From Octopus vulgaris (lineage: Eukaryota): DNA of 64,000 bases. Each line of letters opens with the position of its first letter. The stretch's first letter is position 1. Shown piece by piece: positions 13,591-26,438 of the stretch. Under the pieces are notes generated by a model, which was given only the letters and a program-made list of their open reading frames with translations, was not told the DNA's origin and ran no database searches. The stretch is from positions 35,154,001-35,218,000 of the forward strand of contig OX597836.1 in assembly GCA_951406725.2 (NCBI GenBank). The letters run 5' to 3'. A program made the position numbers and the translations under genes.

Positions 13591-13952
13591 ATTTCTAATA
13601 TAGATAAAAGTGAGATGGTATAGGTGAAGGATAGGTCGGTTTTGGGGGCTGCTATTCACTGCTTAATTACCTCCCCCTTCAAATACACACACGTCTTTTA
13701 GCTTCTGTCTTTCTTTCCTTTTTTAAAGAAGGTAATGGTGAGGTGGGAAAGGTGTAGGTTAGGTAGGTAATTTAGGGCTGCTATTTTCTGCTTACCTCCC
13801 ACCCACCATCTCAAACACACACACATTTCAACAGCTTCTTTCTTTCTTTCTTTCTTTCTTTAATTTTTTAAAGAAGGTGGGGTTGAGCTAGTATAGATAT
13901 GGGGTACGTAGTTGTTTTTAGCTACTATTGGCTGCTTAACTCCCAGCCCCCA

Positions 13953-14009
<57 letters not shown>

Positions 14010-14415
14010 ACTTGTTTCTCACACTCACATCCCTATAAGCCCTTATTCATATCCACGTACAAATAATTCCTGAAAGCTATTAGCGAAATTTTGGTAGTAA
14101 TGCGTCGTAAGCTTTGGACGCAACAATCCATGCGTGACCTCTTCTGTGAGCGATACGATGGACTTTTACCTTTAAGCATTATATATTTAAAGGTATATGC
14201 ATTATATTTATGTTTAAATATAACATATTTTGGGGTAAATATAAAATAAATTCCTTTAAACGAAACGTTTTTAATGGTTCATATAAGATTTTAATATTGG
14301 TATACGGAATAAAAGGTAATAACTTATATGCGTGTGCATACACATATACGTGTGTGTGTGTGTGTTTGGGTGTTTGTAAGGTAGATGGAGAGGTGATATT
14401 GATTTATATACCTTT

Positions 14416-14467
<52 letters not shown>

Positions 14468-15007
14468 ACTATAATAATAATACGTTTAAATAATAATAAT
14501 AATACGTTTAATAATAATATTAAGGAGTAAATCCAAACTTACAGGGAAAAATTAGATTTAGTTTTATCTCTAATTTAATATATATATATAACTCTATATT
14601 TATATACTAATCTGTAATTATCTGAAGCTATTTATATATATATATATATGTATAATTTATATATATATATATGAGAATGCCTCTTACTGATGAATCTAAG
14701 GGCCTATGGTAGATTGGCTTGATTTAATTTAATCAGGTTAGTTTTCCATTAAACTGAAGATGAAACGGTGCATCGTCTAAGAAATTACAGGGTAAATGTT
14801 TTTCAATTTTCTCCTGGTTTATGGAATTGACATTATTTTGCGGTTAAAGCTTTTGGCTGTTATTTCTAGTGGGTGAATGGCCTATTATGGCCGTTCCTTG
14901 ATTGTTGATGTTGAACTTAAAAATGGTTTATGACTATTTAATTTTTTCCCACTAGGCCGCTGCTGGCAAAAGAATTCTACAAAATTCTTTTTGCCACCCT
15001 ATATTGA

Positions 15008-15085
<78 letters not shown>

Positions 15086-15089
<4 letters not shown>

Positions 15090-18000
15090 GGCACGCTTGA
15101 AGCCATCTTTGACAACGAACAAAGTAAAGATGGCAAGAATGGAAGCACGGATGCTGATGAAAAATGTCACCCCCACTTTGTAGACACCCAGGACAACTAA
15201 GAAGATTCAAGTGAGACACCTTCCACGGGAAGTAACCCCAAGTGCAAGTGCCCCTACCAGCACCAAAATCCAAAGCCTCGGAGATGAAAGAGCCAAAAAA
15301 GAAGTAAAAGGAGGAAAAACTAAAAGAAAAACAAGAGGTGAAACACCCAAAGTGGGAAAACTCAAACTCAAACAAAACCAAAAGATGAAACAGCCAAGGA
15401 TAGAAGCAAACCTTACTATCCATATACCAAAAAGGATAGAAAGGGACAGCGCCCGCGAATGTGTAAATTCTACCTGAAAGGTGTCTGCTGGCATTGAGAG
15501 GAATGTGCAGGGTGCCGTTTTGCACACCAAAGACCCTGCCACATAAACATCAAACAGGGCAGAAACCAACTACCGAAAGGAAAAGGTATAGACCACGCAC
15601 CACCTGCCCCAAAACGGAGGTACGCAGATGTAGTGCGTGCTACAAACCACCAACATCTTATTGAAAGGGCAGCTGCTGAATAAGAATCTTTTTTGCGCAT
15701 GGCACAAAAGATTGTACAGCAGCTAACATGGCTCTATCAAACTCAAACTCGCAGATGGGACTATCCAGAATACGCAAGACCGCCACAGCAAATAGACCCA
15801 AGGTGGACACCACCGGCAACAGCACACACATCACCTCGATGCTCCTACTGAAGATCAGAGGACTGCTAACACTCAGTAACAGGACAAAAATCCCGTTCAT
15901 GAGAGACCATGTTGCATGCAATCAAGCCTTATGCATAGCACTTACGGAAACACACCTGAAACTGGACATAGCAGATGCGGAAATTCACATACCATAGTAT
16001 GTTGTATTACGGACCGACAGAAAAGAAAGGAGTCATGGGGGAGTTGCTATGTACATCCGCGAGGACCTCACACCCCAGGTCCTTTTGTCATACTCAAATT
16101 CGGTGTGTGACACACTAATTGTACATATAAGGCAACTTGGTGTAGTTATATGTGCTACATATCGCCTCCAGATGCCCCAAGCCATGTAGGCAAGTTTGAA
16201 GGCTGCCTTATAAAATAGAAGTTCTAGTCACATTAGAACAATACATAAGTGTACTTCTTATGGGAGACTTCAATCTGCCCAATGTCAGATGGCCCGAGGT
16301 TCTTTCTCTCCCAGGAATGACACGATGCGAACGAGGACAGCCGAGGTCCCTCCTGAACCTCATCAACACTCTGTACATGGAGCAAATAATACTCCAACCA
16401 ACCAGAGCAGGTAACATACTGGATCTCTGCTTCACAAATAATATGGATCTCATCTATAATGTGAAAGTGACCGACACTACTCTCGGATCACAACATGGTA
16501 GAGCTGACCATATACGGGCCAAAGGAAAGCATGGACATGCAGAAATTCTCAGATTCTTTCCAGCTTGAACTTCCATAAGGCAAACTGGAAAGAAATTGAG
16601 AAAGAGATCCTCAAACAAAACTGGCCTGAATGACTCTCCTCGCTAGACATCGACATGAAACTTCCATAATTCATCTCTGTAATGCAAGCCATATACTACA
16701 AATGTGTCCCAGAGAGAAAGGCCACTATACACAAGAACAAAATCCCCAGAGAGTGGAAAATTCTAATGAGACGGCGTACAAAATTTTCAAATCGCCTAAA
16801 CAAGCAAATTGAAAGCAGTGTAAGTGCCGCCTGAAACTAAAACTGTTGGAAATTGAAAAATGTCTGCAACTCTCCCATGAAAAGGAAAGAGCAGACAAAG
16901 AAGCCTGCGCTATAGACAACATAAAATCTAACCCCAGAACTTTCTACAGGTATGCCAAAGAAACAGCTACGGTGCATTGTAGGATAGGGCCACTCCTTGA
17001 AAAGGATGGCACTCTCACAGGAAATCCAATGAGGATAAGTGAAATACTAAATGAGCAATTCAAGAGTATTTTCACTCCACCCCTAGGGCATTTTCATGTC
17101 AGCAATCCAACTGACTTCTTTACCATTGCAGATATAAAATCAGAGGCAGCGTTGATTGATTACATCAATATAAAGGAAGACGATGTAATAAAGGCTATAG
17201 ATGAAATGAAATAAACTCAGCTACTGGACCCGATGGATTCTCAGCAATCCTTCGAAAAGTATGTAAGAGAGTCCTAGCAAGACCACTGCAGTTCCTCTTT
17301 CAGAGCTTCCTTGCAACTGGCAAACTTCCAAGAAAACTGAAGGAAGGTAAAATATGCCCTATTCATAAAGGAGGTAGCAGAGCGGAGGCCAAGAACAACA
17401 GACCTAATTTTCTGACCACACAAATCAGCAAGTTCATGGAACGAATAGTCAGAAGGAAACTAATCACCTTCCTTGAAGAAAATGACTTGCTGCCTAACAC
17501 CCAACATGGTTTCCGACCAGGAAGAAGCTGCCTAACTCAGCTCCTACAACACTATGACTGGGTGCTGAAACGACTGCTCAACCACTCAAATGTGGAAGTC
17601 ATATAACTCGACTTTGCAAAGGCCTTTGCAAAGTCGATCATGGAATGATATGTCACAAACTGCGTGATCTTGGCATTGTTGGAAAATTGGGAGAATGGCT
17701 TCAACGACTTTCTGAAGGATAGAAGCCAGGTGGTAGTAGCCAATGGGGCCACTTCCATTAACACGCAAAAAGTGAGCGGTGTTCCGCAAGGAACTGTTTT
17801 GGGACCACTACTGTTCATAATAGTCCTCTCAGACATGCCCTCAGCCACGCAGAGAGCCACGATCACAAGTTATGCATATGATGCAAAAGTTTCACAGGCA
17901 ATACAGAACCCTAAAGACACTAAGCACCTGCAATGTGAGCTGGACAAAATATACAAGTGGGCTGAAAAGAATAGTATGCAGTTCAATGCTGTAAAGTTTC

Positions 18001-18852
18001 AAGCTTTATGCTATCAGCATGCAAAACTAAATGCAATACCCAATAAATACACTGGACCTGGAGGGATTGCAATCCCAGAGGCACAATCAGTGCGAGACCT
18101 GGGTATTTACATGAGTGATGATGCAACCTTTCACGTGCATGTTGCTAAATTGGCAATGAAATATAGGCGGCTGACCGGATGGATTCTTAGAACCTTTAGA
18201 ACAAGAGACCAGGAAACCATGATGGTCCTCTGGAGGACACTTGTCCTAAGCCACTTTGACTATTGCTCTCAGCTATGGTCACCATCCAGTGTCAAGTTAA
18301 TCACAGAACTTGAGGCGATCCAACGAAGCTACGCGAAGAAGATAGCCTCTGTGCAGCATATAAGCTATTGGGAAAGACTCAAGAGATCAATAGCTACTCT
18401 ATTCCTTAGAGCGTAGGCGAGAAAGATATGCCATAATATACATCTGGAAGATACTAGAAGGACTTGTCCCAAACTTTGGCATCGAGAGTTACAAAAATGC
18501 TAGAACTGGGCGCCACTGCATAGTGCCAAGGACTCCAAATTTGTAGGACAAGATACTGTGATAGCCTGGGCTTCAGAGGCCCACAGCTCTTCAATATCCT
18601 CCCGAAGAACCTGAGAGACCTGCATGGGGTGGATGCAGATGTCTTTAAAATAAAACTGTATCTCTTCCTGTTAGGTGTCCCAGATGAACCAACTTCACGG
18701 CAGGAGGTGCAGATGAGGGCAGTTGCATCGAACTCTCTCATGCACCAAATGGCAATTACTAAAAAGCATTCGTGAAGTAAAATCATGTAGCAACACCAAA
18801 TGGCGGTGCCCCAGCATGGCCACAGCTCGTGAGCTGAATCTAGATAAAAAAG

Positions 18853-18855
<3 letters not shown>
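15086..18855 (+). mobile_element. Non-LTR retrotransposon (CR1/L2 group LINE), decayed: ORF1 remnant plus APE endonuclease-reverse transcriptase ORF2
   Basis: APE motifs LTETHL, MGDFNLP, PTRAGNILDL, SDH. RT motifs HGFRPGRSCLTQL, DFAKAF, SGVPQGTVLGPLLF, and YAYD (mutated YADD). C-terminal YSLERRR-like region. Multiple stops and frameshifts; A-rich tail running into (TA)n. Confidence 0.92.
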
Positions 18856-18905
<50 letters not shown>

Positions 18906-19329
18906 TACATATATATATATATATGTCAGATACGCGCACACACACATATACACACACACGCACTCACATACACATACGCATTCACACACACACATTTCGG
19001 CTTCTTTCTTACTCTTTTTATTTTTCAAAGAAGGGAAGTTTGAGCTGGCATATCGGTGGGGAGAGGTTTCTAGGGCTGCTATTTTTTGCTTTCTTTCGTT
19101 CTTTCTTTCTTTCTTTCTTTCTTACTTTCTTCTTCCTTCTTTTCTATATTTCCTTTTTCAAAGAAGGTAAGGGTGAGAAGATAGAGAAACGGAGAGAGAG
19201 AGAGAGAAATATATCCAAAGACATAGAGCTGTAAGTGACCTTCTATGTACCCCAAATCCCGGTCTTCCAAGAAGTCAAATGATATCTTTAGAAATTTCTA
19301 AAGGTTTCTACTGCTGTGTGAGGAGGTCG

Positions 19330-19372
<43 letters not shown>

Positions 19373-19451
19373 TAAGGCGAAAGAAAGATGATATTGACTT
19401 ATACACTCTATATATAGTTATATAGGTGTCTGTAGTTATATGAAGCTATGA

Positions 19452-19508
<57 letters not shown>

Positions 19509-19522
19509 CATATATATATTTT

Positions 19523-19589
<67 letters not shown>

Positions 19590-19601
19590 ATACACATATA
19601 C

Positions 19602-19662
<61 letters not shown>

Positions 19663-19681
19663 TATATATAAATATAGATAA

Positions 19682-19860
19682 ATAATTAAGAAAGTAGCAA
19701 CAAGTTACTTCACCACATATTCGAAAATTTAGAAATAACAGCCAAAGACAGCTAATTCGTTTTACTAGAGACATAGTGAAAGGAATTAACTGTCTTTCGC
19801 TGCTATTTCTAAATTTTCGGTATGTAATGAAGCAACTTGTTGCTAAACCCTTAATTATAT
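19682..19860. repeat. Long palindrome, family H
   Basis: Same arms and loop as the other copies. Confidence 0.85.
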
Positions 19861-19970
19861 ATATTAAAAGATATTTTTAAACAAGTTTTTGCGATAATGG
19901 TTCTTTTTACCTTACCCAAATTACCTGGTAAAATTTATTAATTATGAAATTACTAATTCTTTACCATACA

Positions 19971-20044
<74 letters not shown>

Positions 20045-20566
20045 TAATTGTATGCCCGTGAACGATATGTGTGCAGGGTATATATCTATATGACAGAGTG
20101 AATGGGAGAGGGTAAATTATAGAAAGAGAAATGCAGAGAGAGAGAGACATCCAAAGGCGACATGGAACCTTAGGGACCTTTTATGTACCCCAAATCCCGT
20201 TCTTACTAGAAGTTAAATGAAATCTTTTGAAAAAGCAGGTTGCCGCTGCTGTGTGGGGAGGGGTGAACGGTGTGAGGGCTGACTGCTGACCTCTCCCCCC
20301 ACCCGCTCACTTTGTAAAACTCACTTAATCACTACCAAAGGTATGTTTAACAGTTTGGAACTATAAAAAAGGGTGGTGGAGGCCCATGGTGACCCGCGGC
20401 CTAGAAATGCTTCAACCCTCAATCGCACACTTTCAATATATATTAACTACATATTCCGCGAAGGACATATTCTCTCCCCCATTCTCACTTATTCTCTCTC
20501 TCTTTCCATATATGTATTCTTTTATTCCTTTACCTATCTACATGTCTATGTATGTATGTATGTATG

Positions 20567-20665
<99 letters not shown>

Positions 20666-21337
20666 TTATCTGTCTGTCTTTCTCTCTATCTGTCTGCCTG
20701 CCTGCCTGCGTATCTGCCTCCCTGTCTATCTATCTGTCTATGTATCTCTCTGTCTCTATCTATCTATCTTTCTATCTAGGTACATATCTATCTGTCTATC
20801 TTCATTTCCACCTGTCTATCCATACCTGGGGCTATACCGAGGCGAAAACACACGCACTCATGTACACACACACACACATTTATTCATATATGTACCTGTA
20901 TGTACGGGTGTGTGTGTGTGTACATGTATGTGTGTATTCCTCATTATGTATATGCCTATGTGTCTGTGAGTACACGTTTATCTATGAGATGTAGATTTAC
21001 GTACATATTTACACACATCAATTTTGAGCTTTCAATATTTAGCCAATATAATAGTATCTACACACAGATGTACCTTCATATAGACACTCTTATTCATGAC
21101 CATGTACTCGCATATCGATTTCTAAGAACACCTTTTCTCAATTTTGAAATTCAAGAAAAAAAGAAAAAAAAAGAAAAGAAAAAAAAACAGACGCCAAATC
21201 TTCTTTACTTTAAGTTTATTAATGATTGCGTTACATGAAATATATGAAGTTAGTTAGAGTCTCTGAGATGTGGTCTGCAAAGACGCCACGAAATTATGCT
21301 TAGTGGAATTTATTTACATCTTACAAATATTCGGAAA

Positions 21338-22386
21338 TTATAAACCAACGGTCATCTGAAAGAGAAAATGGAATTATTGATAAAATATATATGAAAGTAT
21401 CAGAGTGGAATGTACTAATGCCCAAATGAATCTCTATGGCTGGATATCACAAAAATTCATATTTTATAATTGAGACTTATCCCTAATGAATGGAGTGTAG
21501 AAACGATCTTTTCAGTAATTTGAATATATTAATCAGAATTGAGAAATAAATATAAAGCAATGGGAAAAGGAGCGAAATCTCTTATAAATCAGTCCATATT
21601 GACTTAAGAAAATAAGTTCAGATTGGATAATTAAAGCTTCACATAAGAAAACAGAGTGGAAATCGTTAGAATGTCAGCATTTTTCAGCATTTTAACTTCG
21701 ATTTGTCTGAGCTAAGACTCAAAATCTGCAGCTAAACAAGGTAAATTAGGTGAAAACATACCAGAAAGTACTGCCAATGGGCTTCGTGGACTTTTTGCTG
21801 CATTGTTTTACTCGGAGTAGCATCTGTTTCATTACATACTTTAACGTGGTCCCTTGATTTTTGACGCGACGGAAACGACTTGTGACATCGTCCACATTCG
21901 AATGGTTCATCTATAAAATGCTTCAGAACATGGTCCTGAAATGTAACGATATTAATTGTTCGTTTCAATGTATTGATAGGTTATACATAAAGAGAAATCA
22001 ATGAATTTGGAAATATTAAATACATTCATAGAGTATAAAGTAAAATATAATAATAATATGAATATACATACATTGAAATGACCACGGTGTCTGAAATGTT
22101 TATCACAAAGTTTACAGGTAAACCGAAATTTCTCTTCATGAACAAGCTTGTGGTAGTTTAATGAAGTATTTCGAGTGAATCTCTTCTTACATATGTCGCA
22201 CTGGTACGGCTTGACGCCTGTAAAAAGAAAGTAATAATTATCATTATTTGAACATGATTAAAATACTTTGAGCATCAACTGAAATAAAATGTATAAATGC
22301 AATGACTTACCGTAATGACTCCTCATGTGAGTTGTTAATGAAGATTTCGAAGTAAATGTCTTGGAACATAATGAACATGTGCACAT
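21338..22386 (-). CDS. Zinc-finger gene copy 2: exons 22386-22311, 22217-22072, 21935-21762, 21355-21338; intact, 137 aa
   Basis: Same exon lengths (76/146/174/18 nt) and splice sites as copy 1. Substitutions are confined to exon 3: T>S, A>E, E>Q and one synonymous change. Confidence 0.85.
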
Positions 22387-23061
22387 CGTGCTTATATTGT
22401 ATAAGTTGGGATTAATAAATGGAAAAATTGATGTAGTTTATATGTGTGTGTGTGGTTTGTATAATCTTGTATATCTAATTAGAAATATTAAAAGAAATAT
22501 AAGTGTGTGTATAATGTAAATCGGTGGAGATGTGAAAGGCAAGAGAGGGAGAGAAGCTGGTCACCTTCCTTTCATATACTAAGGTATGAATAGGTAACTA
22601 ATTAAGGGATGCAGCCTATTTGTAGTACTACAAATTTTCAAGACACTCACACACACATACACATCTTATTAGCTTCTTTCTTTGTTTCTTTCTTTCTTTT
22701 TAAAGTAGATAAAGGTGAGATGGTATAAGTGAAGGATAGGTCGCATTTGGGGGCTGCTATTCACTGCTTAACTCCCACCCCTAAACAAACACACACGTCT
22801 TTTAGCTTTTGTCTTTCTTTCCTTTTTTTAAAGAAGGTAATGACGTGGCGGGAAAGGTTTAGGATAGGTAGGTAATTTGGGCTGCTATTTTCTGCTTATC
22901 TCCCACCTACCTTCTCAAACACACACACATTTCAATAGCTTTATCATTTCTATCTTTCTTTCTTTATTTAAATATTTTAAAAAAGGTAAGTTTCAGCTGG
23001 TATAGGTGTGGGGTAGTTAGTTGTTTGTGGCTAGTATTGGCTGCTTAACTCCCAGTCCCCA

Positions 23062-23111
<50 letters not shown>

Positions 23112-23587
23112 ACTCTCTCTCTCTCTCTCTCTTTACTTCTTTCTCACACACACACATCCCTATAAGCCCTTACATATACACATGTCTATTAGGGAAATTT
23201 TGTTAATACTGCGTCGTAAGCTTTGAACGCAACAATCCATGCGTGACCTCTTCTGTGAGCGATACGATGGACTTTTACCTTTAAGCATAATATATTTAAA
23301 GGTATATGCATTATATTTGTTTAAATATAACATATTTTGGGGTGAATATGAAATAAATTCCTTTAAACGAATCGTTTAAAATTGTTCATATAATATTTTA
23401 ATATTGGTATACGGAATAAAAAGTAATAACTTATATGCGTGTGCATACACATATATATGTTTGTGTGTTTGTAAGGTAGATGGAGAATTGATATTGATTT
23501 ATATACCTTTATATATACATATCTATATATATTTACATACGCATCTGTAATTATAAGATGTTATACATACATACATACATACATACA

Positions 23588-23635
<48 letters not shown>

Positions 23636-23797
23636 AAACTGTTTATTTATGTAGATATGTATATATATATGTACATACAAGCATTTTTATTTTTATATAT
23701 ATGTATACATATGTATAGGTATATATATGTGTGTATATCTATATATATATATGTATACAGATATAAGCATATACATATATACTTATATGTATGTATG

Positions 23798-23896
<99 letters not shown>

Positions 23897-24072
23897 GAGT
23901 TTGCGAAGAAAGCAAAAGACGAAGACAGGTGGTGTACAAAACAAAGTGATGTATTAGTACAACGCTTAGGAATAGAAAAAGTCTTTTACGTTTCTACAGA
24001 AAGGGGCACAGAAAAGACAAAGAGAGAAAAAAATTTGTGTAGTGGCTAACGATCTATCACGGAGGCTATATG

Positions 24073-24165
<93 letters not shown>

Positions 24166-24346
24166 TATATATATATGTATGTATATATACACACACGTAT
24201 GTTTATCTATGTAGATATGTATATATATACGTACAAATACGTATGTTTATTTATGTATATATGTATACATATATATATGGACATATATATGTGTGTATAT
24301 CTATGTATATATATATATGTATACAGATATAAGCATATAAATCAAT

Positions 24347-24388
<42 letters not shown>

Positions 24389-24616
24389 CATAATTATGTC
24401 CACATATATAAACTTATCTATGTATGTCTATAAATATATATGTATATACATTCATATATATATATATCTGTATACATATATATGTTTTTATATATAACTA
24501 TATATATATGTATTTTTTCCTTCTTCCCTTCTTTCCTGAGCGTCCAATAATACTTTATTTGCTCCACATCCTTGCGTTGTTGTTTTTTGTGTTCTTGTTT
24601 GGATTAACTATATATA

Positions 24617-24791
24617 TATATTGTTATATTTCGGAATGGTCATATTGCCAGTTTAGCCAATAAAAACACACGCACTATATATTTGGTGTTTTTATTGGCT
24701 AAACTGGCAATATGACCATTCCGAATTATAACAATATGTGTTTCAACACACGACTTCACATAAAAAATCTTGCACAACAAATATTTAAACG

Positions 24792-24792
<1 letters not shown>
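24617..24792. repeat. Second, unrelated hairpin element inserted in (TA)n: arms of about 52 bp, 16-nt loop, tail of about 55 bp
   Basis: ATATTGTTATATTTCGGAATGGTCATATTGCCAGTTTAGCCAATAAAAACAC and its inverted copy. Absent from the paralogous site near 12900. An inverted, centre-collapsed copy lies at 41790-41915. Confidence 0.85.
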
Positions 24793-24826
<34 letters not shown>

Positions 24827-24829
24827 ATT

Positions 24830-24893
<64 letters not shown>

Positions 24894-24923
24894 TATATAT
24901 ATACAAAGAGAGTGAGAGAGAGA

Positions 24924-25100
24924 GAATTAAGTGTGTAGCAACAAGTTGTTTCACCACATACCGAAAATTTAAAAATAGCAGACAAAGTCAGCTAATTCGT
25001 GTAACTAGAGACATAGTGAATGGAATTAGGTGTCTTCGGCTGCTATTTCTAAAATTTCGGTGTGTGGTGAAGCAACTTGTTGCTAAACCCGTAATTATAT
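24924..25100. repeat. Long palindrome, family H
   Basis: Same arms and loop as the other copies. Confidence 0.85.
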
Positions 25101-25669
25101 TTATAATTATGTATAAAAAAAAAACTTTTTGTACAAGGTTTTACCGATAAATGTTCTTTTTCCATACCAAAACTACTTGCTAATATTTATTAATTATTAA
25201 ATTAATACTAATTTACTCTAAATAGGCAAATAATTATGGGATGTAATCTATTTGTAGGACTACAAAATTTCAAGACATGCACACACATCTAGATCTGCTT
25301 CTTTCTTTCTTTCTTTCTTTTCTTTTAAAGTATATAACGGTGAGTTGGTATAGGTGTAGGATAGGTCGCATTTGGGGGCTGCTATTCACTGCTTAACTCC
25401 CACCCCTCAAACACACACACTTCTGTCTTTCTTTCCTTTTTAAAGAAGGTAATGGTGAGGCGGGAAAGGTGTAAGATAGGTAGGTAATTTAGGGCTGCTA
25501 TTTTCTGTTTACATCCCACTTACCATCTCAAACACACACACATTTCAACAGCTTCTTTCTTTCTTTCGTTCTTTCTTTAAGTTTTTAAAGAAGATGGGGT
25601 TGAGCTGGTATAGGTGTGGGGTAGTTAGTTGTTTGTGGCTAGTATTGGCTGCTTAACTCCCAGCCCCCA

Positions 25670-25714
<45 letters not shown>

Positions 25715-26122
25715 ACTTCTTTCTCACACTCACATCCCTATAAGCCCTTATTCATATCCACGTACAAATAACTCCTGAAAGCTATTAGCGAAATTTTGAT
25801 AGTAATGCGTCGTAAGCTTTGGACGCAACAATCCATGCGTGACCTCTTCTGTGAGCGATACGATGGACTTTTACCTTTAAGCATTATATATTTAAAGGTA
25901 TATGCATTATATTTATGTTTAAATATAACATATTTTGGGGTAAATATAAAATAAATTCCTTTAAACGAAACGTTTTTAATGGTTCATATAAGATTTTAAT
26001 ATTGGTATACGGAATAAAAGGTAATAACTTATATGCGTGTGCATACACATATACGTGTGTGTGTGTGTGTGTGTGTTTGGGTGTTTGTAAGGTAGATGGA
26101 GAGGTGATATTGATTTATATAC

Positions 26123-26159
<37 letters not shown>

Positions 26160-26311
26160 CTATAATAATAATATTAAGGAGTAAAACCAAACTTACAGGG
26201 AAAAATTAGATTTAGTTTTATCTCTAATTTAATATATATATATAACTCTATATTTATATACTAATCTGTAATTATCTGAAGCTCTTTATATATATATATA
26301 TATGTATAATT

Positions 26312-26364
<53 letters not shown>

Positions 26365-26379
26365 TGTATAATTTATATA

Positions 26380-26437
<58 letters not shown>

Positions 26438-26438
26438 G

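Noticed and set aside
14672-14800. Hammerhead ribozyme suggested by CTGATGA, CTGAAGA and a downstream GAAA
   Set aside because: The stem after CTGATGA is not followed by GAAA, and I could not assemble stems I and III by eye.
20373-20440. Apparently conserved peptide VEAHxDPRP in the 300-bp element copies
   Set aside because: In-frame stops lie immediately upstream in most copies. The similarity is explained by nucleotide conservation of a non-coding repeat.
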